Assembly (NCBI GenBank): GCA_965261085.1
Contig: OZ253442.1
Location: 384,001 to 448,000, forward strand
Direction of reading: 5' to 3'
Origin: a bacterium
Lineage (GTDB): Bacteria; UBA8248
DNA length: 64,000 bases
The notes under the pieces were generated by a model, which ran no database searches, had not been told where the DNA came from, and saw only the letters and a list, made by a program, of their open reading frames with translations. Made by a program: the position numbers and the translations under genes. Positions 39,272 to 50,216 of the stretch are shown here, piece after piece; positions within the stretch are counted from its first letter, which is position 1; the number at the start of each line of letters is the position of its first letter.

Positions 39272-41602
39272 TTACCCTACTTCGACGCCTTTTTTGTGAA
39301 TAGCCATGGCGACACTCTCCGGTGTGATGGGCAGCTTGGTGAATCGATGACCGACGGCATCCCGCACGGCATTGGAAATCGCGGCCAACGTGGGCACCAA
39401 AGAACTCTCTCCCACGCCCTTGGCGCCATAGGGTCCAGTCGCATTGGCCGCTTCCACGATGATGGTGGTGAACTCGGGCGTATCCATTGAAACGGGAATC
39501 TCGTATCGCGCCAGGTCTGGTGTGAGCACGCGACCCTCATGAACGTCGATTTCCTCGATCAAGGCTTGTCCAAGCCCCATTTCAATACCCCCTTCTATCT
39601 GCCCAGTCACCCCTTGGGGGTTGATGGCCCGTCCCACATCATGGGCAGCGACCATGCGCCTCACCCAAACCTCTCCTGTATCCGGGTCAACCGCCACGTC
39701 CGCCACTTGTACGCCATAGCTGTAGACCATGAACGGCTTGCCTTCTCCGGTTTCAGGATTAAACGTCAAGGGTCCCGTGCTGAACCAGCCTTGGCCCGTA
39801 ATCTGCTTACCGACCAGAAGCGCCTGTGAGACCACTTCGCCAAATGAGAGATAACGTTCAGGTGCGCTCTTGATAAACACTCTCCCATTCTTGAAAGCTA
39901 CATCTTCCACTGGACCTTCGAGCATCTCCGCCGCCACGGGGGACAGGATTCCCCGAACTTCCGCAATGGCTTCACATATCGCATTGCCGGGAATCGTGGT
40001 GGACCGTGAGCCCGCCGTAAAACCACTCTCCGGAACGGCATCCGTATCTACCTGCATGATGCGCACATCCCCAAATCGCACGCCCATGGCTTCAGCCGCA
40101 ATTTGGGCGAGCACCGTGTGTGAACCCTGCCCAAGTTCAATGATTCCAACCCCCACCTGAACTTTTCCATCGTCGGTGACATGAACCTGAGCGCCACATG
40201 AATCCGAGGGCGATGCGGCACCCGTGGAATACCAAAACCCCGCCATACCACGACCATACAACAGGCCATCGCCGTTCGCGTTTTCTCTCGGATGCGGCCC
40301 GAGCGCCTTTTCCGCTTTATCGAGACAATCCATATAGCCCACGCTCTGGTCCAACACCTGGCGGGTCGCGGTGGAAGAACCGAGTTTATAGCCGTTCAAG
40401 CGCCTCAGTTCGAAGGGGTCCATTTCGAGCGAGAGAGCCAGTTCGTCCATCTGACTTTCAATCGCGAAATGCACCTGAGGAACGCCCAAACCGCGCATGG
40501 CGCAGGTATTAATGTTGTTCGTGAGCACGAGGTAGCCGTCGGCCCAAACGTTGTCGCATTCATAAGCGCCGGAGGAATGGATGATGAGTTTTTTAATGAT
40601 CCCGGGTCCTACCGCGGCATACGGACCTTTGTTGAGATATATGTGGATGCGCATGGCGGTGATTTTGCCGTCTTTCTTGGCGCCGATTTTGTGTTGGATC
40701 ACCGCGGGCACTCGTTTCGCCTTACCCCCCAGAGATTCTTCCCTCGTATAGTTGTAGATGGTGGGGCGACGTGTCTTAAGCGCGACCAAACCAGCCCGCA
40801 TGGCGATTTCGATGGAGGTTTCCTCTTTTCCGCCGAAACCGCCACCTGGTGGAGTAGCGATGAACTGAATCTCGTGTTGTCCCAACCCCAGCACCGGAGC
40901 GATGACACGCCTCACCATATGCGGGCACTGGGTGGGCCCGGTGCAAGTGATGGAGCCATCAGGATTGGGAACCACATACCCCGCATCAGGTTCGAGGTAG
41001 GCGTGATCGATGAATTGCGTTTCGTACGTATTTTCCAGAATTACGTCCGCCTCGGCGAAACCTTTCTCAACATCTCCTTTTCGAATTTTCAAGTGGGTGA
41101 GCACATTGCCTTTGGCCACCGGATGGTCCGGCTGGACAATAGGGGCATCACCTTTCAATGCGTCTTGTGTCTCAAAAACGGCCGGAAGCGTTTTGGTTTT
41201 GACTTTCACCAACCCGGTCGCGAACTCCGCCTGCTCTAAAGTGTCCGCCGCCACAATGGCCACGATATCTTGAAGTGAATAGATGCGCTTTTCCACCAAA
41301 ACCGGCTGATCCGGAATCAACATGCCGTAGAGTTTCTGGCCCGGAATATCCTTTGCGGTCAGGACACAGGCGACACCCGGCGCATTTTCCGCCGCGGATG
41401 TGTCTATTCGCTCCAGCGTTCCGCAAGCGATAGGAGCCGTTACCGGAACGACATATAGCGGATTGATCAGTTTGTGGTCCGCAGAGAATACGGGCGAGCC
41501 GTCCGCCTTGGGTGGACCATCCACCCGGGGCATGTTGGCGCCTATTAGATCCCCATCATCATCAGGCCCACCGAACATCTCTTGATAAAAACGTTCTGGC
41601 AT
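39272..41602 (-). CDS. Xanthine dehydrogenase family molybdopterin-binding subunit
   Basis: GGGFGGK, AMRGLG.PQ, ELGQG, GSRST and GAKGVGE motifs. Confidence 0.93.
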   Translation of the reverse strand: MPERFYQEMFGGPDDDGDLIGANMPRVDGPPKADGSPVFSADHKLINPLYVVPVTAPIACGTLERIDTSAAENAPGVACVLTAKDIPGQKLYGMLIPDQPVLVEKRIYSLQDIVAIVAADTLEQAEFATGLVKVKTKTLPAVFETQDALKGDAPIVQPDHPVAKGNVLTHLKIRKGDVEKGFAEADVILENTYETQFIDHAYLEPDAGYVVPNPDGSITCTGPTQCPHMVRRVIAPVLGLGQHEIQFIATPPGGGFGGKEETSIEIAMRAGLVALKTRRPTIYNYTREESLGGKAKRVPAVIQHKIGAKKDGKITAMRIHIYLNKGPYAAVGPGIIKKLIIHSSGAYECDNVWADGYLVLTNNINTCAMRGLGVPQVHFAIESQMDELALSLEMDPFELRRLNGYKLGSSTATRQVLDQSVGYMDCLDKAEKALGPHPRENANGDGLLYGRGMAGFWYSTGAASPSDSCGAQVHVTDDGKVQVGVGIIELGQGSHTVLAQIAAEAMGVRFGDVRIMQVDTDAVPESGFTAGSRSTTIPGNAICEAIAEVRGILSPVAAEMLEGPVEDVAFKNGRVFIKSAPERYLSFGEVVSQALLVGKQITGQGWFSTGPLTFNPETGEGKPFMVYSYGVQVADVAVDPDTGEVWVRRMVAAHDVGRAINPQGVTGQIEGGIEMGLGQALIEEIDVHEGRVLTPDLARYEIPVSMDTPEFTTIIVEAANATGPYGAKGVGESSLVPTLAAISNAVRDAVGHRFTKLPITPESVAMAIHKKGVEVG

Positions 41603-41686
41603 TACAAACCTCCGCTCATGAAAGACTTATGTTATCGATATGATGGAGTGAATTTGCATGATTGCAAAGAAACAAATGCCAATCGC

Positions 41687-42619
41687 TCAGTCTGATTCCG
41701 GTCCACCTTGCCTTCTCCGGAGCAAGCGTTCTATCTCATCAGCTACCTCGGAGCCGGGAGGCAACTTTCCCTCTTCTTCCTCAGGTTCTCCATCGAACGC
41801 ATCTTCAAAATCCAAACCTGGGATGTCATCGGGAATCTGGCCTTTTTGCATATCCTCCACATATTTGGCAATGCGAGGATCTTTGGCGATGATTTGCTCA
41901 ACTTGACCATCAAACTTATTGATGGCGAAATCGAAATCCTCCAAAGATATTTCAAAACCACCCAAGATACTCAATTTGTCCAACAGAGCGCGCGTTGCTT
42001 TCGGGTTGGATATGGATGCGATGTAGTGCGGCACATTCACCCACAAGCTCACTGCCGGAAAACCTTCATCCTGCATTAGCGTGTGGATGACACCCACAAT
42101 TCCTGTAGGGCCTTCATAGCGCGTTATTTCCACGCCCGAGGGTTCTACTAATGACGGATCGGTGGAAATGGCCATCAAATGGCTGGGTTGGGTATGCAAG
42201 TCTCCCGCGAGCAACGCCCCCATCGTCACGATCATCCGTGCACCGTAATGATTATTTATATCCAGCACATCGCCACTAAAATGTTTCCATCTCAAGTGGG
42301 GTTCGGTGCCGATCCCGACAATAAGATCCCGCGCAAGGTCTGGCGTACGACAATAGAAAAATTCGTTCGATGGCCATGTAATTCGCCGCTCGCCGGATTC
42401 ACTGAGTTTAACGGTAGGCCTCTGATCCGCAAACTGGAAAAAATCATCCGATTGGATTTGCGCCACTCGTTTTCCCTGGAAATGCTGAACCAGATAGCGC
42501 GCCGCCGCCGTTGCGGACTCCGCCGCATCGTTCCATCCAGAGAACGCCATTATAAGTAAAGGATCGTTGGCGTCCTCCACTTCGTGGAAAAACGTAACGC
42601 CCATATTCAACACCTCCAT
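41687..42619 (-). CDS. PAC2 (proteasome assembly chaperone) family protein
   Basis: AFSGWNDAAE, GTEPHLRW, YEGPTGIVG and VPHY motifs. Confidence 0.88.
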   Translation of the reverse strand: MEVLNMGVTFFHEVEDANDPLLIMAFSGWNDAAESATAAARYLVQHFQGKRVAQIQSDDFFQFADQRPTVKLSESGERRITWPSNEFFYCRTPDLARDLIVGIGTEPHLRWKHFSGDVLDINNHYGARMIVTMGALLAGDLHTQPSHLMAISTDPSLVEPSGVEITRYEGPTGIVGVIHTLMQDEGFPAVSLWVNVPHYIASISNPKATRALLDKLSILGGFEISLEDFDFAINKFDGQVEQIIAKDPRIAKYVEDMQKGQIPDDIPGLDFEDAFDGEPEEEEGKLPPGSEVADEIERLLRRRQGGPESD

Positions 42620-42827
42620 TCTGACATCGTATTTCTAAATTTTTCTATATTCAACCTGACGTTTTCGCCTTTCAACACCAAAACCGATGAAACTCATGGA
42701 GTCGTGGTTTCTTAGAGTGATCGGTATTTGCAGCCCCACATCTCTGGTTACGTCATACTTACCGTGGGATAGTATTTTGTTCTCACATACATGCTTCGAC
42801 CGAGTTGCCCCACCTTAAGCGGCCTTT

Positions 42828-44033
42828 TCAACCTCCTTTTGGAAAATCGCCAAATTCCGGCGGATAGGTGAACAAATTGCTCCTATGTCCTTCCAACCCG
42901 GGCGTTTCCCATGAGGGCGTTCCCCCTGGCGGGGGCATCTCGCCTCGTGCTGCGTCTTTTTGCAGTCTGCTCCATGCCGCTTTGAGATCCAGCGTGTGTC
43001 CTCTGAAGTAAGGCATCACGTATCGCGCGAACAACTCGAGTGAATCTCTTATTTTCTGATCGCCCACCCATTCATGCGTCGTGAGCATGAGACCGCCGAA
43101 TCCGCCGGTTTCCTCCTGCATTTTCTCGATCACCTCAATCGCGTCATCCGGAGTGCCCACCACCCAGTATCTTTGCTCTGCGGCTGTTTTCGGCGTGATC
43201 TCGGAGCGCGGCTGATCGGGATACGCCTCATAAGCAGGCTTCAAACCGATATCCATAAAGTAATTCATGTCGCGTAGGGCGAATTCTTCGATATCGGCCC
43301 AGGCCTTCTCGCGGCTTTCGGCAAGATGCACGTACGTAGTGATTCTCCAGTTCTCGCGCGATACTCGCGTGCCGTGTCTTCGAGCGCATTCCTCCATATG
43401 AGGCCATTGCTCGGAGAGTGAGAGGTTATCCATGATTTTCTTGCCGCCGAAGGAGAGCAATATCATCTCGTACTGAGCGGCCATATCAATCGCCCCGCGG
43501 CTTCCCGCCGATGCGATGGCAAGCGGCATTCTGGGATTTTGATAGGAGCGTACCTGGAGACACACATTTCTCAACTTCCAGAACCGGCCCTCATAGTCAA
43601 ATGGCTCGGGCGATTCCAGGAGTTTGACCATGATATCCACCGATTCGCGCAGCATCGGACGCAGATCGCCCGGATGAATGTCAAACAACTTGATGTCGCT
43701 CGCCAAATTGCTCGGGCCCACTCCCAAAATGGCGCGCCCTTTGGTGAGCTGGTCCAAAAACGCCATTCGTTCCACCAAGTGAAACGGATGATGATACGGA
43801 ACGCTAAGCACAGACGTACCCAAGCGGATTCGCTTCGCTTTGGCCGCAGCCATGGCGAGGGCCATCTCGGGTGCCGGAATCGTCTCCCACCCCCCGGAAT
43901 GGTGCTCTCCAATATAGAATTCATCAAAATCGAGTTCATCAACATATTCGATGAGTGAGATATCACGCTGATAGGCAAGCGATGGGTTTTCAGAGGGATG
44001 GTGAAGCGGCATCATGAAAAAAGAAAATTTCAA
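42828..44033 (-). CDS. LLM-class flavin-dependent monooxygenase
   Basis: FMMPLH, IGEHHSGGWE and IRLGT motifs. Confidence 0.9.
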   Translation of the reverse strand: MKFSFFMMPLHHPSENPSLAYQRDISLIEYVDELDFDEFYIGEHHSGGWETIPAPEMALAMAAAKAKRIRLGTSVLSVPYHHPFHLVERMAFLDQLTKGRAILGVGPSNLASDIKLFDIHPGDLRPMLRESVDIMVKLLESPEPFDYEGRFWKLRNVCLQVRSYQNPRMPLAIASAGSRGAIDMAAQYEMILLSFGGKKIMDNLSLSEQWPHMEECARRHGTRVSRENWRITTYVHLAESREKAWADIEEFALRDMNYFMDIGLKPAYEAYPDQPRSEITPKTAAEQRYWVVGTPDDAIEVIEKMQEETGGFGGLMLTTHEWVGDQKIRDSLELFARYVMPYFRGHTLDLKAAWSRLQKDAARGEMPPPGGTPSWETPGLEGHRSNLFTYPPEFGDFPKGG

Positions 44034-44226
44034 GTCGAGTCCCCTCCAATAAACTGTGAACAGGAAAATGAGGAATCCATCAAGTTATGATATCCTATTT
44101 ATGAATTTCCGGCATCCCGCAATCAAAATCAAAACTTTCCTTCCCTTGCCAACACTCTTTAATTCCTCCATTATCCCCGCGCTTTGGACGCATTCCCGAA
44201 TATCTCGAAACCTGTTCGAGGGAAAA

Positions 44227-46032
44227 ATGGCTATCACGGAACGAACCGATCTGAGAAATCTCGCCATCATCGCTCATGTCGATCACGGCAAAACCACCCT
44301 GGTGGACTCCATGCTCTGGCAAAGCGGCATCTTCCGCGAAGGGCAAGAAGTGGCTGAGCGTGTCCTTGATTCAATGGATCTCGAGCGAGAAAAGGGAATC
44401 ACCATCATGGCGAAAAACTGCGCCATCGATTTCAAAGGAATACATTACAACATCGTGGACACACCGGGCCATGCGGATTTCGGCGGCGAGGTGGAGCGCG
44501 TCCTCTGCATGGTGGATGGCGTGATGCTTTTGGTCGATGCTTCGGAAGGCCCTCTGCCGCAAACGCGGTTCGTGGTCAGCAAAGCCCTAGAGCGAGAACT
44601 CCCCTTCGTCGTGGTCATTAATAAAATAGACCGCCCGGACGCAAGACCAGAACAAGTTCTCGACGAAATTTACGATCTGTTCATCGATCTGGACGCCGGC
44701 GAAACCCAGCTTGATTTTCCTGTGCTCTACGCCATCGCTCGAGAGGGCAAGGCAGGCCTCGAGCCCGACGCGCTATCTCCTACACTGGAACCCTTGTTCC
44801 ATACACTCCAGAACGCGATACCCCCTCCCTCATATGATGCAAATAAACCACTACAGATGCTCGTCTCCCGCCTCGAATACGATAATTACATGGGCCGTCT
44901 CTCCATCGGTCGAATCTGGAATGGGAAACTCAAAGCAAAAACCCAAACCTTGGTTTTGGGGCAAAATGGGATCAGGATGAAAGGAGAGATCGCTTCTTTA
45001 TTCGGCTATGAAGGATTGAGCCGCCACCAAATAGAAGAAGCGTGTGGTGGCGACATCGTTGCCGTAGCCGGCTTAGAGCACGTGGAAATCGGGGACACCA
45101 TTGCAGATGTGGACAACCCGGTTGCGCTACCAGCCATTACTGTAGATGAACCCACCATCGCCATGAATTTCAGGATCAACGATACCCCTCTGGCCGGCCG
45201 CAGCGGGAAATATCTCACCTCGCGCCAGATTCGAGAGCGGCTCCTGCGGGAGGCAAGAAATAATGTGGCTATTAAAGTCGATGAAACCGACTCCGCGGAT
45301 GCCTTGCGCGTCTCCGGCCGCGGTTCTTTGCAACTCGCCGTGCTGATCGAGCAACTCAGGCGCGAGAAATATGAAATCACCGTCGGCCGACCCGAGGTTA
45401 TTACGCGCAAAGAAAACGGCAAGACCACAGAGCCCATGGAAAACGTGGTGGTGGACGCCCCGGAAGAATTCATCGGCGCCATCACACAGGGTTTGGGCGC
45501 GCGTAAAGGAAAAATGACAAAAATGATCAACCATGGCAAAGGGCGCGCGCGGCTCGAGTTTTCCATCCCCAGTCGGGGCCTCATCGGCTATCGCAACGAA
45601 TTCCTCACCCAGACCCGGGGAACGGGCATTCTCACCCACATTTTCGCCGGATGGGGGGAATGGGCGGGCGAGCTTCCAGGCAGATCGACAGGCGCTTTGA
45701 TATCGGACCGCGCGGGCAAAACCACATCATTCGCGGTGGAAAACATTCAAGAGCGCGGAACTCTCTTCGTCGCACCCACAGAAGAAGTATATGCGGGAAT
45801 GATCATCGGCGAGAACAGCCGCGAACAAGACATGTTCGTGAACATTTCAAAGGAGAAGAAACTCACCAACATCCGGGCCGCCCATGCCGACATATCCGCT
45901 CAACTCATACCGCCCAAACGATTCAGCCTGGAAGAAGCACTCGAATTTTTGCGCGAGGGCGAATGCCTGGAAGTAACCCCCGAAATCTTCCGGTTGCGCA
46001 AAACGGAACTAAAGGCCAGAAAACACGCTTAA
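44227..46032 (+). CDS. typA: Translational GTPase TypA/BipA
   Basis: [26 protein letters not shown] and KKLTN motifs. Confidence 0.96.
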   Translation: MAITERTDLRNLAIIAHVDHGKTTLVDSMLWQSGIFREGQEVAERVLDSMDLEREKGITIMAKNCAIDFKGIHYNIVDTPGHADFGGEVERVLCMVDGVMLLVDASEGPLPQTRFVVSKALERELPFVVVINKIDRPDARPEQVLDEIYDLFIDLDAGETQLDFPVLYAIAREGKAGLEPDALSPTLEPLFHTLQNAIPPPSYDANKPLQMLVSRLEYDNYMGRLSIGRIWNGKLKAKTQTLVLGQNGIRMKGEIASLFGYEGLSRHQIEEACGGDIVAVAGLEHVEIGDTIADVDNPVALPAITVDEPTIAMNFRINDTPLAGRSGKYLTSRQIRERLLREARNNVAIKVDETDSADALRVSGRGSLQLAVLIEQLRREKYEITVGRPEVITRKENGKTTEPMENVVVDAPEEFIGAITQGLGARKGKMTKMINHGKGRARLEFSIPSRGLIGYRNEFLTQTRGTGILTHIFAGWGEWAGELPGRSTGALISDRAGKTTSFAVENIQERGTLFVAPTEEVYAGMIIGENSREQDMFVNISKEKKLTNIRAAHADISAQLIPPKRFSLEEALEFLREGECLEVTPEIFRLRKTELKARKHA

Positions 46033-46036
46033 AACT

Positions 46037-46534
46037 CTAGCCATCCAGCGCCTTGTTCCACTCTGCAATCCTATCTTTTTGCGCTTCGAACAACTCCGAG
46101 GCGTCACCCCCGATCTCGACTTTCTCAATCCCATCACCCTGCTCAATCGTATCCACCACGTCTTGACCGGAAGTGACTCGCCCAAAAACAGTATGATTGC
46201 CATCGAGCCAGGCAGTGGGCACATGCGTGATAAAAAACTGAGAACCATTCGTACCCGGGCCTGCATTCGCCATCGAGAGAACGCCCGGACCGTCATGGGG
46301 AAGGTCGGGGGAACATTCATTTTCGAATTGATAGCCGGGGCCACCCGTTCCCGCGCCCAAAGGACAACCGCCCTGAATCATGAAATCAGAGATCACACGG
46401 TGAAAAATAAGGCCATCGTAGAAACCCCGCTTGGCGAGGTTCACAAAGCTGGCCACCGTCACCGGGGTTTTGTCTTCATGCAAATCGAGCCGTATCTCAC
46501 CCCGGCTCGTCGTCATTACGGCGGAAAGCGCCAT
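46037..46534 (-). CDS. Cyclophilin-type peptidyl-prolyl isomerase
   Basis: FHRVI, QGG and [15 protein letters not shown] motifs. Confidence 0.95.
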   Translation of the reverse strand: MALSAVMTTSRGEIRLDLHEDKTPVTVASFVNLAKRGFYDGLIFHRVISDFMIQGGCPLGAGTGGPGYQFENECSPDLPHDGPGVLSMANAGPGTNGSQFFITHVPTAWLDGNHTVFGRVTSGQDVVDTIEQGDGIEKVEIGGDASELFEAQKDRIAEWNKALDG

Positions 46535-46653
46535 GAATTGCTCCTTTGGTATATTGGTAAACGCAAAGCACATCGTCGCTCATAAGTGCGCGAAAAATGA
46601 ACCTCAAGGTCGACGGCGAAGAGTAACAGAACCATCCTTTCGGGTCTAAAGTC

Positions 46654-47667
46654 TTACGGGTTTCCTTGCAATTCGAAAACCTCCGCCAAAAGCTCATAGG
46701 ATTTCACTCTGGCTTCGAAGCTGTACATCACGTTCACGATGATGAACTCATCGACTTTGTGTTCGGAAGCCAGGGTCTCGAGCCTTTTCTTGACTTGCTC
46801 CGGATCTCCCGCGATGGTTCTGCTGTCGATATCCTGAGCGAAAGCGCGCTCCATATCCGTCCACGGGTAAGCGAGCGCCTCCTCGGGCGTGGGTACGCCG
46901 CCTCCCTCGCCACGACGGCTTCTGAGCATTAACAGAGACCTGCTGGCCGCGTGGTAGAGCGCTTCTTCTTCGCTCGGCGCGCAAATTACAAAAACCGCAA
47001 GACTCCCCATGGGCGCTTTGAATTTGGGCGATGGTCGAAAATCCCTACGGTACATATCCATCACCTGGACGCTGCCATACGTGTTGATGAAATGCGCGAA
47101 AGAAAACGCGCAACCAAAATGAGCGGCGAGGATCGCGCTTTGATCCGAGGTTCCCAAGAGCCACATTTCAGGCGCCGTCTCTCCGGCAGGCATCGCGCTT
47201 ATCCGGGCGAAGGGATGATCCTCCGGCAACGACCCTTCAATCCAGCCCCGAAGGTCAGAAACTTTTTGCGGGAAATCATCATAGCGAAAACCACTCTGCT
47301 CAGGCGCCAAAGCCGCAGATGTGAGCCTATCGGCCCCCGGGGCGCGGCCCAAACCCAAATCAATGCGCCCCGGGTGGAGTGTCTCCAGCATCCGGAACGA
47401 TTCGGCCACCTTGAGCGCGCTGTAGTGACTGAGCATGACCCCGCCCGATCCCACGCGAATCGTCTTCGTCGTCGAGGCGATCTGACCGATCAAAATTTCG
47501 GGCGACGTGCCCGCGAACGCTCCATGGCTGTGATGTTCCGCCACCCAATAGCGGTGATAGCCCAGGCGCTCGGCGGCTTGCGCCAACTGGACGGTCTCAC
47601 CGATGGCGTCCGCCGCCGTTCCCCCCGAGCGGATGGGAGATTGATCCAAAACACTCAAACGAATCAT
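46654..47667 (-). CDS. LLM-class oxidoreductase (YhbW-like)
   Basis: LSVLDQSP, WVAEHH and GRIDLGLGRAPG motifs. Confidence 0.92.
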   Translation of the reverse strand: MIRLSVLDQSPIRSGGTAADAIGETVQLAQAAERLGYHRYWVAEHHSHGAFAGTSPEILIGQIASTTKTIRVGSGGVMLSHYSALKVAESFRMLETLHPGRIDLGLGRAPGADRLTSAALAPEQSGFRYDDFPQKVSDLRGWIEGSLPEDHPFARISAMPAGETAPEMWLLGTSDQSAILAAHFGCAFSFAHFINTYGSVQVMDMYRRDFRPSPKFKAPMGSLAVFVICAPSEEEALYHAASRSLLMLRSRRGEGGGVPTPEEALAYPWTDMERAFAQDIDSRTIAGDPEQVKKRLETLASEHKVDEFIIVNVMYSFEARVKSYELLAEVFELQGNP

Positions 47668-47707
47668 TTATTCAAGAACCAAGCGAAAGGGGAATTTTTC
47701 GGAAACT

Positions 47708-48355
47708 TTATTTTTTAACGGGTTGTACCTGAATATACTCTTCGAGATGAATGACACCTTTCGTTCCGCGAATAATCTGAAGGACCAGTTTTTTTTCGAA
47801 CTCCGTTCTCGCACGGCCGATGATATAGACCTTGTTTCGCACGGACTGCCAGCGGTAATTCACAGAATTCACGCCCTGGGTCGCCAAGAACTGGCCCTTG
47901 AGCTTGGCTTCCATCCATGCATCACTGGCGATTCGGCTGAGCTTGACGATATCGCGTTCCACGGCCGGCTTCGTCTTCGCTGCCGCGCGGTTGCGTTCCA
48001 CCTCGGCCGAAGAACCGAGAACAATATGACTATAAATGGCTTTGATTCTGGGGTCGCCCCGCGCAATACTCAAAACGGCTTCTCGTTTTCTCTCCGTATC
48101 CACCACGCCGGTCAGCAACACCCTCCCTTCCCACACGTTCGTATCCACATCCACCGGCAAACCGCTATCGACATACAAATACTCTCTCAGCAAATTCGCA
48201 TGTATTTTCGCATCTTCAAGCTGCTGGTCCAGAGAGCGATCCTCCAGGGCGCTCGTTATGCCCTTTTGGGCGACAAAAATCGCTCCAGGCACACATCCAT
48301 TCACCCACAAAGGCAAAAATGCTATGATGAAAATGAACTTGGTGAATTTACTCAC
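47708..48355 (-). CDS. Dual BON domain lipoprotein
   Basis: VNGC lipobox; GRVLLTG and NKVYIIG motifs; start uncertain. Confidence 0.8.
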   Translation of the reverse strand: MSKFTKFIFIIAFLPLWVNGCVPGAIFVAQKGITSALEDRSLDQQLEDAKIHANLLREYLYVDSGLPVDVDTNVWEGRVLLTGVVDTERKREAVLSIARGDPRIKAIYSHIVLGSSAEVERNRAAAKTKPAVERDIVKLSRIASDAWMEAKLKGQFLATQGVNSVNYRWQSVRNKVYIIGRARTEFEKKLVLQIIRGTKGVIHLEEYIQVQPVKK

Positions 48356-48586
48356 GAGTTCTCCTGGAGAGCGGAGCGTAACGAAAACACTCTTTATTTT
48401 GCCTTTAGATTTGCGCGGAGGCAACCACAAACAAAATGAAAACCCCATAGCACTCTCATTTCACTCCCAGCGGGATCCCGCTTTTTCGATTGCAATACCT
48501 TTTGAGAAAAAGCATCATGTATCCATTCTTGAAGAAATCGCCACGCTCTCAAATATTCATACAAACATTGTTCGCCAGGAGAAAAA

Positions 48587-48787
48587 ATGCCGATTTCAGA
48601 TGATTCGCTAAAATCTCGATGTGGCGATATATTTGAAGACTCCCTCGATTCCGAACGACGCGCCGCCATCATCGCCACAATGGAAAATATGGAGAAAGGG
48701 CACTCACTATTACGGGAGCATCTTTCGCCAAAAACAGAACCTGCCGGACATTCCGGATTCTTGCGCTCCCTCGCGAGGGAGAAATAA
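48587..48787 (+). CDS. Small hypothetical protein, possible amidase partner subunit
   Basis: AGGAG RBS; ends 1 bp before the amidase start; contains EPA. Confidence 0.6.
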   Translation: MPISDDSLKSRCGDIFEDSLDSERRAAIIATMENMEKGHSLLREHLSPKTEPAGHSGFLRSLAREK

Positions 48788-48788
48788 A

Positions 48789-50201
48789 TTGACAAGCGAC
48801 ACCACGAACCTCACCGCCGCGGAAATCGCCACACAAATTAAAGAAAAGAGAATCAGCGCCGTCCAGGTCGCCGAGACGCATCTAAAACGTTCGGAGAAAA
48901 TCGGCGCGGCTTTGAATTCCTGGATTAAGCTGGATTCAGAGGGCGCTCTGAAGGCGGCGCAGGAAGTGGACGCCGCCATCGCCCGAGGCGACGACCCAGG
49001 GCCCATGGCCGGTGTGCCGATAGGCCTGAAAGATTTGATCGACATGAAAGGCCTGCCCACCACGGCGGGCAGCATCATCGATAAAGAGACCGTTGCGGAG
49101 GCAGATGCCCTGCTAGCCCGGAAGATACGCCAGGCGGGCGGCGTGATACTCGGAAAACTCAACCTGCATGAATACGCCTTTGGCCCCACCGGGCACAATC
49201 CTCATTACGGGGATCAAAAAAACCCTTGGGATACCGAGCGGATCACGGGCGGTTCGAGCGGTGGCTCGGGCAACAGCGTAGCAACGGGGCAGGTTTCCAT
49301 GGCCATCGGTTCTGATACGGGTGGGTCTATTCGGATTCCTGCATCTTTATGCGGCGTCATCGGACACAAACCCACGCATGGACTCGTCACGAAATCAGAC
49401 TGCGCGCCGTTGTCGTGGTCGCTCGATTCTTTCGGGCCATTGGCAAGATCAGCCCAGGACTGCGCGCTCATGATGTCCGCCATCGCGGGACACGACCCGG
49501 CCGATGCCTCATCCATCGCCGGAGAACCGCTTGACTTCATGGGCGCACTAAGTAAACCCATCGAAGAATTCCGAATCGGCCACGCGCGGGAATACTATGA
49601 ACAACGCTCGGAACCTCCCGTGGCGGAAGCGGTGAACAATCTGGCCAAGGCGCTTAAGGAATTGGGCGCCGAGGTTGTCGATATTGAAATACCCGACGTC
49701 GAAACCGCGTTTCATGCGTCCGCCGTGCTGATGGTATCCGAAGCAGCGGCCGTACATGAGAAAAACATACGAGAAAAGGCGCAAGACTTTGATCCCGCAG
49801 TCCTGGAAAGAATCAGACCCGGCTTTTTCATTCCCGCCACATCATATATCCAGGCGCTTCGATTCAGGGAACAATGGACGAAACGCATATGCAAGGATGT
49901 ATACGGTCGGGTAGACCTCGTCCTCTCCGCCGCCACGCCGATTCCCGCCGCTTTGCGTTCTCAGTCTACCGGGACAGTGCGAGGCAAAGAAGTTGAAATT
50001 CGAACGCTCATGATCTCTTTGACGAGGCTTTGGAATTTCCTTGGCGGGCCATCTACGGCTTTTCCCGTAGGGATGAGCGAAGAGGGTCTGCCGCTTGGAG
50101 CGCAAATCATGGGCGCGCCTTTTGCTGACCACCATACGCTGGCGCTTGTTCATCAACTGGAAAAAAGAGGTGTCGTGAAGGTGGAAAGGCCGCCTCTGTA
50201 G
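48789..50201 (+). CDS. Amidase signature family enzyme
   Basis: KDL, GGSSGGS and GSDTGGSIRIPA motifs. Confidence 0.93.
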   Translation: MTSDTTNLTAAEIATQIKEKRISAVQVAETHLKRSEKIGAALNSWIKLDSEGALKAAQEVDAAIARGDDPGPMAGVPIGLKDLIDMKGLPTTAGSIIDKETVAEADALLARKIRQAGGVILGKLNLHEYAFGPTGHNPHYGDQKNPWDTERITGGSSGGSGNSVATGQVSMAIGSDTGGSIRIPASLCGVIGHKPTHGLVTKSDCAPLSWSLDSFGPLARSAQDCALMMSAIAGHDPADASSIAGEPLDFMGALSKPIEEFRIGHAREYYEQRSEPPVAEAVNNLAKALKELGAEVVDIEIPDVETAFHASAVLMVSEAAAVHEKNIREKAQDFDPAVLERIRPGFFIPATSYIQALRFREQWTKRICKDVYGRVDLVLSAATPIPAALRSQSTGTVRGKEVEIRTLMISLTRLWNFLGGPSTAFPVGMSEEGLPLGAQIMGAPFADHHTLALVHQLEKRGVVKVERPPL

Positions 50202-50216
50202 CGCAGAGGCGCCGAG

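Noticed and set aside
48789-50201. Amidase as gatA
   Set aside because: No gatB is adjacent, and the sequence (LHEYAFGPTG) fits catabolic amidases.
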